64,000 bases of DNA from assembly GCA_965153455.1 (NCBI GenBank), contig OZ234493.1, positions 22,744,213 to 22,808,212 of the forward strand. Direction: 5' to 3'. The translations under genes were made by a program, and so were the position numbers. Origin of the DNA: Sphagnum compactum. Its lineage: Eukaryota. Shown here piece after piece: positions 1 through 13,300 of this stretch. Under the pieces are notes generated by a model that saw only the letters and a list, made by a program, of their open reading frames with translations, searched no databases and was not told the origin of the DNA. Every line of letters starts with the position of its first letter. Positions within the stretch are counted from its first letter, which is position 1.

Positions 1-3000
1 GCATTTCTATGTAATACCGCATGACAAACTTACAATATCACAAAATTTTAATAGAATTTGTGCAAAAATCATAACACAATATGTCTATGCAACATTCATG
101 GGCTTCAAAATGTAGAAATGGCCTGAAAAATATACATATTACTTTTACATAAATGATATGTCTTTTCTACTTGTGATGTTTGATGTCATATACATACGAT
201 TTAAATTTTAACAAATTTGTGCAATTATTGTGATGTAATTTTGGATAAAACTATGTAATACTTGTGTGTTAAACATGAACATTCATGTATGTCATTCAAA
301 AACAATGTTTCCTTTGTTTGAATATTTAAGATATTAAATATGTAAAAATATCATTCATATTAACCATAACACATCACTCAACAACCCATTGCGATTCATG
401 ATCCCATTTTATTTTTCATCATGATTATGTTCATCATCTTCCTTAAAGTAAACATCAAATCATCCCCTATAGTCCTAAAATTTGTGAAAACCTTGCTCGG
501 GCTTGTTTTCTCATCAATGACCTTGTTATTTAATGGCCATATCCTTGTGATCTTGAACCTTGCCACAATGATTTTCTTTGACAAATCTTGTTACAGTACA
601 TAGTCCACAACTAGCCAACATCATTTTGTCAAGTTCAAGGTAATTGTTTTTAGCCATGGCCTTGATTTTTTTTCTTAAATGCAATCTTGAATGATTTGAA
701 ACAAGATACATCTAAAGGTTGAAAAACATGCTAGTAGGTGTTGAGAGGGGACAATCACCATGTCCAATCCAAAGTCTTGTGTTTGTTGTGTTGCCTCTAA
801 TGTCACATGGGAGCCATGCCCATTTATAATTAATAGGTGATGGTTGGTTTGGGAAATACCTCTTGGGATTAGTATTTAAGTAGAAGAATTATCAAATGTA
901 TGATTAAGTTTATGACTAGTATTCTAGTCATAAAGGACAAAAATGATTATTAACCTTAAGTCATTACAGACAAGTTGTTTACAACAATAATCATTTAGGA
1001 TATGATGTGGCACAATGACATGTCACATTTCATCCATTAGTCATAAAGAATATATGTGAAGTCATTAAACATAGTTTAATCATTATATAATTTTTTATTA
1101 TTATTACAAATTGGACCCAAAAAACTTGGGCAATGTTAAATTTTAAACCACAATATTTATTATAATAAATTTGTTACATATAACATAAGGGTAAAAATCC
1201 TTTAAGGTGTACAACATAGAATGAAAAAGGCCTACTTTTTATCGCAATTTTTTTTTACTTTATATTTTGATCCCCATAAAAAATAATGAGTCAAAAGTTG
1301 TCAAATTTTTCAAAAGGACTATATTTTAGACTATTACAATTTTAGTTTCCATCATAATCATCCATAAATGTGTCTTTATATGGTAAAAAGGACTAGGTAA
1401 AAAATATAGAAAAAGGTGACGTTGTGACAAGATTTTGGTACACCTTCAAAAATTTGCACCCATAAATAATAAAGCATTATTTTGTTTTGATTATTTTTAA
1501 TTTCATTATTTTTCATCCTATCAATTGTTGACACAAGTTAACACTTAAGCTAGGCTTAAAACCTGGTTTTTGTGGCTATGTAAATCACTTAATTTACTTA
1601 GGTAAGCACTTAAGCTAGGTAGTTTAGGTAATAGGTATGTAAAAAACCATTATTGATCATAATAAATGTTATTTATGAATTTTGATCCTTGGACCCCAAA
1701 GATGGAGTTCAATTCCTTTACCACCAAGTCACCCCACTTGTTATGTAAATAATATAGTGTTTAGACCATTTAGACCATACTTAATTTAAACATAAAAAAA
1801 CCTCAAATTTGATAATTCAAATCTTCTTGATAATTTGTCCAAATGAAAAAATTGAAACTTTGTTCGTTTCCTTCAATAATATACACAATTATATATTTTT
1901 TCAATAAAAATATAAATTCATTTTGAAAAAAATATATTTGAATTTTGTTATTGAATAACATTTCAATGACCATTGTTTGGGGAAAAAAATTCAAACACAT
2001 GATTCATAAATGGAAAAACCTTTCTAGGTAATATAAGAATAAATAAAATATATTTTTCATATTTTAAACCTTCATTTGATTTAAGAATTTATATTATACA
2101 ATTTTGTTTCCAATATATCATAATTTTATTAGTAACTTTAAATTTAAATGTGTAAGTCCATATAGTTTATGCACATAAAATATTTATAAATGGATCATAA
2201 AATAATTATATCTAAAATATATGTATTCAATTTTTTAATATTATTTAAATTCAAACCCTAATCGTTTAATATGATAATAGACGGACATAAGGCATTACAA
2301 CATGTAGGGAATTGATTTTGAATTACAAATAAGCCATCCACGCCTTGTTTTGCATTGGCATGCAAGTACTTAACCTGCACATTCTAATATAGACCTCTCA
2401 AATACATTCACCCTTGAAAACATAGAATGTGGGCAACACTCTCTTAGCTACATTCATTACACAATTGATAATGAGTCATTCCTTGGATTTCAGGATGTTA
2501 CTATACACATCATGTGAAAAATGTTTAACTAATACAATTGCACTACATTATTGACCAAACTAGATGCCAATTTTATCACAATTCCATATGTGATCAATAT
2601 TAAAGTTGTGTTGTGTGTATAGAAATAAAAACATAGTCAAAGGAGCCACCCAAGTGAGTGGACACTCCGTAAAATTATATTTTTGTATGTTTGAAAGATC
2701 ACAAGTGAAGCATAATAGTTTAGATCATCAATTTGTTTTTTGACATATTTTTCATTAATTGCAAAGTTTACATGCTCAAAGTTTGACATAAATCAAAAAC
2801 GTTTTTACATGTTCAAAGCACTCAAACCTAGAAAATGGACAATTATTATTTTTTCAAACATCCATTTTTTTATACCAAATGTGCACCATTCTTTTTAAAA
2901 ATTGGAGAGGATTTCAACACTAATGATTAAAAGGGCTTGAACTGATGAATATTTTTAATTATTTGATTTGAGCACATTTGGCTCAAAAGTGCTTTTAACC

Positions 3001-4249
3001 TTAAATATTATGGATTTTGAAAATGCGCCTTTAACAAAAGTGGGTGTCATCACAATAACATGTACCATAGCAAATGTAATGCTTGCTTGGTTTTTTCATG
3101 TTTTTAAAGTCGTAATTTAATTTGATGTTGAAATTGTAAGATTTTTTGTACATTTGTATTTTTAATATATCATGAGAACATGTAAATTAATTTGAAATTA
3201 ATCAAATGAATAAAAAATTAACAAAAGCAATCATTAAACACTATAACATTTGCTTTTAAGTAGTAAAAGGATTTGTAAAAGGATGTCAATTTTTTTGAAA
3301 ATGACAATTTTTACCAAATTTTTAACATGAACCTTAATAAAATAGTATGAAGAATTTTTTTTTAAATTTAAAAAAAATTCAAATTTTTTTTCAAGAATAT
3401 TCTAAAAATATTATTCAAAAGTAGTCACAAAAGTAGTCAAAAAGCAGGTAGGTGCGAATCGTGGTATCCCATTTGCACCCAAGTTGTTCATGTTTATGTG
3501 ATAGAAGGCATGAATGCATAGTATACATGATATAAAATCAATTTCTAGTCAAAATGTATTTATATCTAAAATGTAATATTAAAAGGGTACCCAAAATACA
3601 AAATTTATAACCAACAAAAAAATGACACATGTCATGTGTAGTCTTTGAAAAATGACTTTTACATTGGCACCCTTGGCTCCTTTGATTATGTTTTCACCCA
3701 TAAGCCTTGTAATTTGTTGTAAAATGATGCGTAAGATGTGCTAATCAATTAACCTTTGTGTTCTACGAATTTCAAAACCTTTGACCATTTGAATGTTCAA
3801 CATTGGATGTTGTCTTTTGAACCAAAACCACCATTGATTATCTCTGGGTATTCCTTCTCGAAAAACCATAGGGTTAATTTGTGTGAGTTCAACCACTTTG
3901 ATTTCTAGCTACATTAATGTGATGCTAAGACCCATTTTTTGCATGGCCAACCCATTCTACAATTGCTTGGTCTTTTGCTACTAGTAGCACATTGATTGGT
4001 CCCATGTCATTGTTCAATTAGAATTTTTGTTTGTACCCAAATTGGTGATAATTGATAAGAATATGTAGGAAAAATTGGTAATCACCCTGAAAAAGATTTA
4101 AGCAAATTTGGCTATAAGCCATAATTAAATAAAAAATCTTAAATCATCCTTCAGTATTATTGTTACACAATGGAAACCAATTATATGAATCTAGCATTGT
4201 TTCTTTTTTTTGTTTCACCTCTAATGACTGAAAAAATCAATTTTGTTCA

Positions 4250-5130
4250 TTAGGTTGAACATCAACCTTCTTTTTTTTAACAATCTAAAATTTTCAATTG
4301 GATTGATTTCAATGAACAATTTTTTTGCTCATTTAATCATTTCATTGTTGAATTGGGTGACCAAAACTTTTTGGTTGCCAACTCAGAGGAGAAAATTAAG
4401 GTCGTTGGCCAAAAAAGTTTTTGGTCATTGTTCGAAAATCTTCAGTTGTTCGATCAATAATGATTTGATTTTCTCGTTGATCTAGTGATTGAAATCTTTT
4501 TCATTGCCAAAAAATCCTTTGGTTTATACCCAAAAAATTTGGTTCATTTTCAATTGTTAAATGAGGTGATCAAAAAAACTTTGGTTGTCATTAGTTTTGG
4601 CAAATTGAGTGATTTAAAAATTTCAATCTTTGCTAAAAGTTTTTTGGTTTTTGCCTAGAAATTTAGTTGACTAATTGATAGTTGTTTCGTTTCCACCATT
4701 GATCCAACAATTGAAAAAAATTCGGTCATTGTTTAAATTCTTTTGGGTGCCACCCAAAACATTTGGTCATCAATTTTTGGTTGCAAATTGGGTGATCCAA
4801 AACTTTTGGTCACTTCTCAAAAAAAAAGTTTTGATCATTGTTCAGAAAATTTTCAATCACTGCCCAAATTTTTTTAATTGTTCAATCGAAAGGTTCAATT
4901 TCCACAATTTGATTTGGTTATTGAAAATTTTAATTGTTGTTCAAAAAAATTAGTTACCAAATTGGACAATTGAAAATGATCAAATTGAAGTTTTGAAAAT
5001 TGTTGGTCATTGTTTCAACAACTTTAATATTGATTCAATCTCCACCATTGATCAAGAGAACAAAAAAATTCAATTGAATCCTAGAAAAGTACTATCATTA
5101 TAAAAGTGTGATGACTGAATTTTATTTTCA
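4250..5130. repeat. Degenerate repetitive tract (ttttggtcattg / gggtgaccaaaa units), probably TE-derived
   Basis: Recurrent short motifs with no credible coding frame. Confidence 0.5.
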
Positions 5131-6999
5131 ATTGAAACCTAAGGACATTACTTAAAAAAAATAGAAAATACATGAGTACAAATATAGGGTGCAATATATT
5201 GGTTGTTGGGTAAAAATATAAGTTAATTAGTTCAAAAATAAGGTTATGTATATTTTGAAAATAAAATTATAATTGATATAAGGTATGTGTAAATCTCTAA
5301 TATTAAATTTTTAAAATAAAAAATAGCATGTACATAAAAGATTTAAGGTATTAGCTCAAGTTGTTAGTAAGTTTAATTATTGTGAAATAACGTTTTTGAT
5401 TAATTTGCGACTAATAAAATTTTGTATATTACAATTTTTTTCATTTTAATTACATTCCATGGTTTTATTTTGGCCTTCAACTTTGAATTTTTCTGGCTCC
5501 AAATTTTTTACACTAAAAATCTAAATTAATATTGCGTATTGAAATTGGATGCCAAAAAATAATTAAAAATATATAAGGTGGGTAAAATATGTGCATATTA
5601 AATAATTAAATAATAATAAGGTGGGGGAAAATATAAATTCAAAACCTAATACTTTGAAAAATAGTTGTTTGACGCATGTAAATCACAAAAACATTAAATG
5701 TCCCCCTCCCCAAGATTGAAACAAGGTTTAAGGCGACTGAATAATTTGAATATGTGTTGCTTTTAACTTTCCCCTAAGTAGTTCGACTGAGGCTTTGACT
5801 TAAGTTGACCCTATTCCAATGTGACATTAAACAATACTTAATGCCCATGCTTCAGATGAACGCTCAAATGTGGTGATAACCTTGCAAAAAATTCGAACAT
5901 TGAATATCACACTTAAATGAAAAGGGTTCAACCATTGGACCACACCAACTTTTTATAAATACTTGAGCTTTGTGTTACTTTGCAATACTAGACAATTGTT
6001 TGACATATTATAGTCAAAATATTGATATATTTTAATTTGTTCCTTGATTTTTACAATCAAAAATCAAAATCTTATGCTCATATTAATTTTCCATGAAATC
6101 ATTTCCATTAATTCTAGAATGTGAAGTTCAGACTTTACTTATGCATTGATGACACCAAGAAATTCATGAAACCATAAAACTTCAATATCATATCATATCT
6201 CTTTGCTTTCATGTGTTATTTGCCTGGGTGAATGGTAGGTGCATGAAATATGGGTGTATATTCATGCTTCTATTAATTAGGAACAAGGTGTGTCCACATT
6301 TAGTTAGTTAGTTATTTACATCATTCCCCCAACATAGAACCCTAAATATGCATCCCTCTCCAAAATAAAAACATGGTTTGTCATGCTTCCCTTTGTGCTC
6401 TCCCTCTCCCCCCCAACCCCCCAAATGTGTTCCCTAAGACATTCCCAATACCTCCTTCACAAGAGGTCTAGCTGAAAAAAGCAAAAACTTTATTGATATT
6501 TGTCAAAAATGTTGGAAATTGAAAATTATTGGGTTAGAATTACAAATTCACAAAGACACGTTGTCTTCTTTTGCATACTTATTTTTTAAGTGTTGAAATT
6601 CCGGAAAACTCAACTTGAAACTGATGAACCTTGTTTTTCAAAATAAAGAAACAAATATTCTTTTTCAGCAAAGAAGCGCTGAACATCAGTTGTAAGTATG
6701 CTATTTGTCTTATGAGACAAGCAAAGCTCTCCAGCACAACAACTGGTGGTTGAAAATCCACATATTATGATGAGAGCAACAAACAAAATCCAGTGCTGCA
6801 GACATAGCTTATGGCAATGCAACTTGTGATGCCATTGAGTCCGTTGCAGACATGGTTGGTTTATGGCAATGATGCACCCTCGTGATGATGGTTGCTATAA
6901 GCATCCACTATAAACCGCTCGTTGGAAATGCGACAATGGCAATCCAACAAAACCCCTTCAACAGCCCACCGCCCTAAGCTCTCTTCCCTTCAGCTCCCT

Positions 7000-7403
7000 G
7001 ATCCACAAGTCAAGCAACTAATTATGTGACAAGATATATACACTTACAAAAGGGAACTTGTAAGTTATCCACTTGGGGCCCACTAATTCACAAGTTAACA
7101 AACTAATTGTACAAATAAGTATGTACTTATGAAGGGAACTTGTAAGTTATCCACTTGGGACCCACTAATCCACGAGTCAAGCAACTAATTGTGCAATTAA
7201 ATATGTTCTTATGAAGGGAACTTGTAAGTTATCTACTTAGGGCCCACTAATCCACCAGTCAAGCAAGTAATTGTGCAATTAAATATGTTCTTATGAAGGG
7301 AACTTGTAAGTTATCTACATAGGGCCCACTAAACCACAAGTCAAGCTACTAATTATGCAACTAAATATGTACTTATGAAGGGACTGGATAATTCATCCAC
7401 TTG
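7000..7403. repeat. 82-bp tandem repeat, ~5 copies
   Basis: agggaacttgtaagttatcyacttrgggcccactaa recurs at 7051, 7133, 7215 and 7297, with a degenerate copy at 7379. Confidence 0.9.
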
Positions 7404-8804
7404 GGTCTCCATGTGCAGGAGGGAGTACCATAAAAGGGTATTTTCAGTGTCATGTGGTGTGCAATGAATGTGCAATCACAGGGTAAATGAAAAATGGTGA
7501 ACTCAAATTATATTGATTAATTAAAAGTCACAGATTAGTTTTACAATGTATTGTATTCAGTGTCTTTTGTTTTGGGGCAAATTTTTGCACCTTGTTGAAA
7601 ATTTTGGACATTTACCGTTTTTCAGTGTAATTTAGACCAAATTTTCTGTTTTTCTTCACATCATTTCGCAAGCTTTTTCAACCTCACAAAATTTGAAAAA
7701 AAAACAAATTGCCAAATTCATAACTGAAAATTCTAAAAAATGAGTTTTATGGTCATCATATATATGATGGGTGCCATACACCAAATTTCAGCAATAAATA
7801 CATATATTTGTATCACAAGAACATTCTAAAACTTGTTCATCACACATGTGCAATATTACCCTAGATAGAGAGAATCAAGATAGGTAGTATGATGTTTCGC
7901 CGAAGGATAGTTCATGGGGCCTTCACATTGTGGACCACAGTAGTTTATGAGGCCATCAATTTTCTCCTTGTTGCCATTGTATGTTGGCAACGACCCTGGT
8001 ACCTAGGCTGGTTAGGCACTAATTAATTATTTTTTGGAATTGCTGAAAATTCTGAAATACAGGTGCCTGCCATGAAAAAAATCGGAATGAAGCTCCCAAG
8101 CACAATAACTTCATTATTTAGTATAATGCTGAATTGGAATTTATTTTTTAGTTTTTACTGGCAACCATAAACTGACCCCCAAAAAAATAATTATTACACA
8201 TAATTAATTATTAATCCTAATGGTGAATGCTAGCAGGATTTTCACACATCCTGAGACACATAATGCTGTAGTGTGTGAAATCTCTTTTCTTTCGGCCATC
8301 CATCTTCAAGATTGAGACATAAGTGCTTATCTATCTCCCAGAGCAATAGTTGATCCTTAGTCATTCCTCCCTCTTGAACGCTTTCTAAACAACACATTCC
8401 TGTCTGGTAATTGTTACCATGCAGGTGTGAGAAAGGGCGATAGGGGTGGAGAGGTGGGAGGCCAGGCCCAGCATGAACCATGAGTCACCAATGCAGCATG
8501 ATGGACAAATGGTGATAGGATTGTTCGTTTTGACATTTGTTCATGTTGACTTATGCAAGAAATTTATTGACTCATTTCCTATTTTATTATTGCAAAGGAA
8601 ACTAATTTACTCATTCAATAAGTTTTGGTATGTGAGTAGTGTTTTGTCTTGCTTCAAATTTGTGAGGTAGGTGGTTTGGCAATCATCCACAAGAGGACTT
8701 AGCCAAGTTTGGTTACATGCTACAGAGAAAGAGTATAAAAGTTTAGGAATCATGCTATAGTTTGGTGAATGTGTGCTAATCTATCTATGAAGCAAGGCAG
8801 TTTG

Positions 8805-9291
8805 TATTGTTTTTGTTTTGTTTGTCACGTTGAGATCTCCCAACCCATGTCGCTTGATGCCACGCTCTTGGTATCTTCAGAAAGCTCTAGATGAGTAGGG
8901 GTGCATTGACTTGGTTTGGGACTGTTTGGAGCTACAGTGTAGAAGCTATTGATTGTTGAACCGTTTTCTCAATGAAAACTAAATAAAATTGAAACGGAAA
9001 ACTGCATTGGAATTTGTTGGGGGCGTTCTTGGTGATGTTGATGGAAAGCCCTCAGCCAGTCAGATTTAATAGAGTTTATTTTACAATTTTCAGAGCTAAG
9101 GTGTGAAAGATATTGATTTTTAAGTGGATTTTGTTGCTGGAAATTCAACAAATTGCAGAAATTGGGTTTGGAAGGAAAAATCAGTTGAGCCCTCAATTGT
9201 GTTCACATTGCCAAATTTACAAATTTTCAATTCTGAAAATGTGAAAAATTCTGAAGAATGCCTTCACACTTGGGCCAAGGGCATAGGCTAG
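8805..9291 (+). mobile_element. Possible non-autonomous Helitron-like interspersed repeat
   Basis: Ends in a GC-rich segment (cacttgggccaagggcatagg) followed by CTAG|T, a Helitron-type 3' signature. The hairpin is weak and the 5' end is not defined. Confidence 0.3.
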
Positions 9292-10316
9292 TAAAAATGA
9301 GCAGTTAGAAAAGAAACTCTTCAATGCAAAGGGAATTTTTTTTTGTAAAGCACAAAAACCGAGCACACACCTTCAAAGGTAGACACAATTTACCCACTAT
9401 CTGAAAATAGGATAAAAGGGGTGTAAGCTCCTATACAGGCACACCAAGGCTTGAGAGGTTTTTAAAGAGGTTTTAAGGCTTGGGTTGTATCATGTACTTG
9501 GGGACCAAATGTCCATTATCACTTTCCAAATTGAGACAATGCAATGCACTGATTGCAAATCAAATTTGCTTCAAAAGCATGCAAGAATTCAAGAGAACTA
9601 TTGTATTTCACAAAATCACAATTTTATGGTGCCTCAGATATGGAGACTTACTTGAAATCATCATAGTAGTTGGCGTGTGCCATCACTCAGATATTGTAAT
9701 GTAGTTATTTTATAAAGTATATATATGTTTTTGAACATTCTGTTGTGTGAAATACAATTTCAATCAAAAGTTGATTTTTGATTTTCAGTGAATTTCCAAT
9801 TACAAAAACTACTCAGAATTCAATAACACTTGCACCAGAGGTCTGAAAATTCCGAAACCACCTGGGTGCAACTGTCCTCCTCAACAGTTGGAATCCAATG
9901 CAGGGTTGGAATCCACCAGTAGCCCTAGCGCACCCCCATTCCCCTAAATTTTTTAATTTTGACTTTTATTGAATTTTCAGCAATAAAAATACTTGAAATT
10001 CAATAACTCCTGCGTTGCAGGTCTAAACATTTCAAAATCACCTCGGTGCATGCAGGGACTCACCAAGTGGCTTTCCAATGGTACCAAGAACAGTGCCAGG
10101 GACCATGTGGTTTGGGAAATCTCAATCTGACAAAATGAACAAAGCAAAACAAACAAACTACATTCCCTAAATGTAGTACTGTTAAGGATTTAGTGATCTG
10201 ATGTAAAACATTACATGGGTGTGTAGAATGATGTTGCTCACAGACACATCGGGAATCGAGAAAGATGGCATCAGTGTCAAAATTTGGAACTGATTTGAGA
10301 AACGGAAGTTTGTACA

Positions 10317-13300
10317 TTAGTTTGAGCTCATGCATGTGGGTGCTGGTAAGATCAGGCTTATGAGACAGGAGGTGGGTTGTTGAGAGATTTCAAGCATAGC
10401 ACATATGTCAGCTGACCAAGGGAGAATGTAAAGCATACGTTGCCACAGTCGCTCAGTTGCAGGGACCTTCACCACTCCTGCACGGTCCCTCTGCCTTAAG
10501 TAAGCAACAAACTGCTCAAACTGCACACATAGAGAGAACAAACACTTCAGCAAGACCCAACACAAGGCTTGTGATCAACACAATTCCAAGAGATATGTGA
10601 CTTTGACAAACTGCTTGAACTGCACACATAGAGAACAAACACCTCAGCAAGGCCCAACACCCTTGTGACCAACACAATTTCCAAGAGATATCTGACTTCA
10701 GGAGAGTTCATCTCTGAAGACTACACTTCATTAGGCTTCATTAGTCATTAAGACAAAGTTGAGGCTTGGAATAGAGGGGCATACCCCTTCATGTTGTTCA
10801 GGTGCAGGGAATAACCTGCAGACCTCACGCTGCACAAAACAAAGACAATGTCAGTAGACCCAATCCAGAGCAAATTGCAGCAAGTTGAATCACAAGCAGG
10901 CTTTCATTATTATTTGCCTTTTCCAACTCCAAGATCAGATTCAAGAGCTCAGAGTAACCAACCTGATTTGGAGGTGTTGCAAGAAAAGATGACTTCACAG
11001 ACTTAAAATCTGCTCGCTTCGTTACATCGAGCTTGTCAGGCCACCTGTCCAAGTATGCATATTGCAGCAAATTTGAGAACAGCTCAGAGAAGTGAAATAG
11101 CCATTAGACTCCAAAAGCATCAAAGGAACTTTCAGCATGTGTAGCAGAGGAACTCTTGAACAGCTTCCAACATGGCAGTGTTTCTCACTTGCATGCAAGT
11201 GCCAAAAATGTTTTTGGACACTGAGCTCATCAACAGAGCCAGCATGACTGAGAACATCATCTTCCCCAGGCAAGGTGCCTGGAGATGTAAACTTGCCAAC
11301 TAAACAGGGTCAGGTCAGTAGAGATTACCTGAAGGGCTCATAAGGCCCATGGTCATAGTAACACGCTGATGAATCTTGACGAACCGCCCATAACTCACAA
11401 TACTGCAGTCCACTTTTGCAAAGAGTGCCCTGCCAACGTTTTTCATGCACAAGAGGCACACCTGTTGCCATGAAATCTACAACCTCTTCCTGACCCATGT
11501 CACAAGTCCCCATGGCAGGTGGCAAGAACTCCTGAGGAGGAGGTGGTAACGGAGGAGGAGGTGAGCTTGGAGGAGGGGGTAGAACAGGGGGTTTTAAAGA
11601 TTGTGGGGATGATGGGGGTGGTGACAAGGGTGGGGGAGGAGGAGGTGGGGAGGGTGGAGTTTCACTTGGTGGTGGAGGTGGCGGTGAGGCAGGTGGCAGA
11701 GGGGGGAGGGGAGGATGCATCATCTCTGAATGGAGTTTGTATGGAGGGTTCATCATCTCTAGAGGCACAGTCATTTGGTCAACTGATGTGCTCAGCAGGT
11801 CTCCCACAGTATCCAATTGCTCAAGAGCCTGGTTAAGATGCTCTGAATCTTGCCGGGATGGTAGACTGCTTAGAACAGGGGTGACTGGTGACTGTAGTAA
11901 AGGTGGGGCGTAACGGCCCAGACCTTTCTCAAGCTTTGGTGCACTACGGTATGGCAAGGGAGTGCCCATGGGTGACATCAAACCAGACTTTGAAATGGGT
12001 GTGGATGCAGCAGGTGAGACCTGAGCTACTGGGGAAGATGGAACAGTCCCCATGGAACCTGACCAGGAATTGTTGGATGGAATATGTTCCAAGTGGATGC
12101 GAGGTGGGTGCTTGGGAATTGGCAATGGTGCCAAAGTAGCACCCTGAGGTGGTAGAGGAGGCCTGATAAGGCTACACTCCTTTGTCAACTGTTGTTCCAG
12201 CATCAGCTTCTGTCCCAGCAGACTGTGACTGCTGCCTTGTGATTGTAATGGACTGCTCTCATGACCACCTGCCATTGCATCTCCACCTGCTGTGCCACCA
12301 GCACTGCCATGAAATACACCTGATGGATCCAGCCTAGAGAAAGACTCTTCTCTAAATGTCACAGGGCTTCTAAACCTCCTTTGATCCCTGCAACATCCAA
12401 TCACACTGGATCTCAGTAACCAAAGAACTACTGTCAACAGACTTCCTGGGCTACAAACACTGACAAGCATTACACACACTTGCAATAGTTTCTGCAACAT
12501 ATACTGGAAATTACTGTTTGGGAAATTGCCATGTATGGAATTTTGGGATGAGAGTTACCAAGTTACATAATTGTAACCCTCCTCTGAAAACTCTTTCTCA
12601 GGCAATCCCCCCCACCCAGGTGGTAAACCTGGTTGGCCAAGCCCAATGGAAGTACCACCACCCTCAAAGTCCTGGATACTTGGAGACTCTCCATCCTTGC
12701 TCTCTCTCTCCCACTCACGCTGGGGGTGCCCAAGTGCTGGCCGGTCTTGCTCATGATAGTAGTCCCAGCCCCGCCGTCGGAAATCAGCAACCGGTGGGGC
12801 CTGTGGTGGTGGTGGCCCCCCACCATGGTTATACACATATGGGTTCTCACTTTGCTGTAAGGATATTGCTGAGTTACTGCAGTCCCAACAAACATCAGAG
12901 AGAGGCAAGGTTAATGTGGAATCTCTCTACACCTCTCCTTGCCATAAGTGTGAGTCCTCATGTGTACCCAGTTTCTGTCACAAGACTGGCAGTGACTGGG
13001 AAGGCTCAGCTAAGAAGCTGCCTAGTTCAACAATTACCTTCCTAGCTACTGAGAAATTCTCAATACTTACAGTTTTACGTCAACCTGAAAAGAATTAAGA
13101 GATAATGTGATAATCAACAGGAACATGTATGGTATTGACTACCTACCCTAATAATCCCCCACTGAAGTTCCTGGCATTGGGTGGCAGGTTAATGTCAAAC
13201 AAGCATACAGCATTTCTTTCAGAAGACCAGCAGTAATGGGGAAAATTTAGCAACGATGCTGGTTAATTCAACAGAACCTAAAAGGAGGAGAGGACCAAGG

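Noticed and set aside
1-6900. Short ORFs in AT-rich DNA
   Set aside because: No domains or splice-consistent structure. Probably intergenic or old TE debris.
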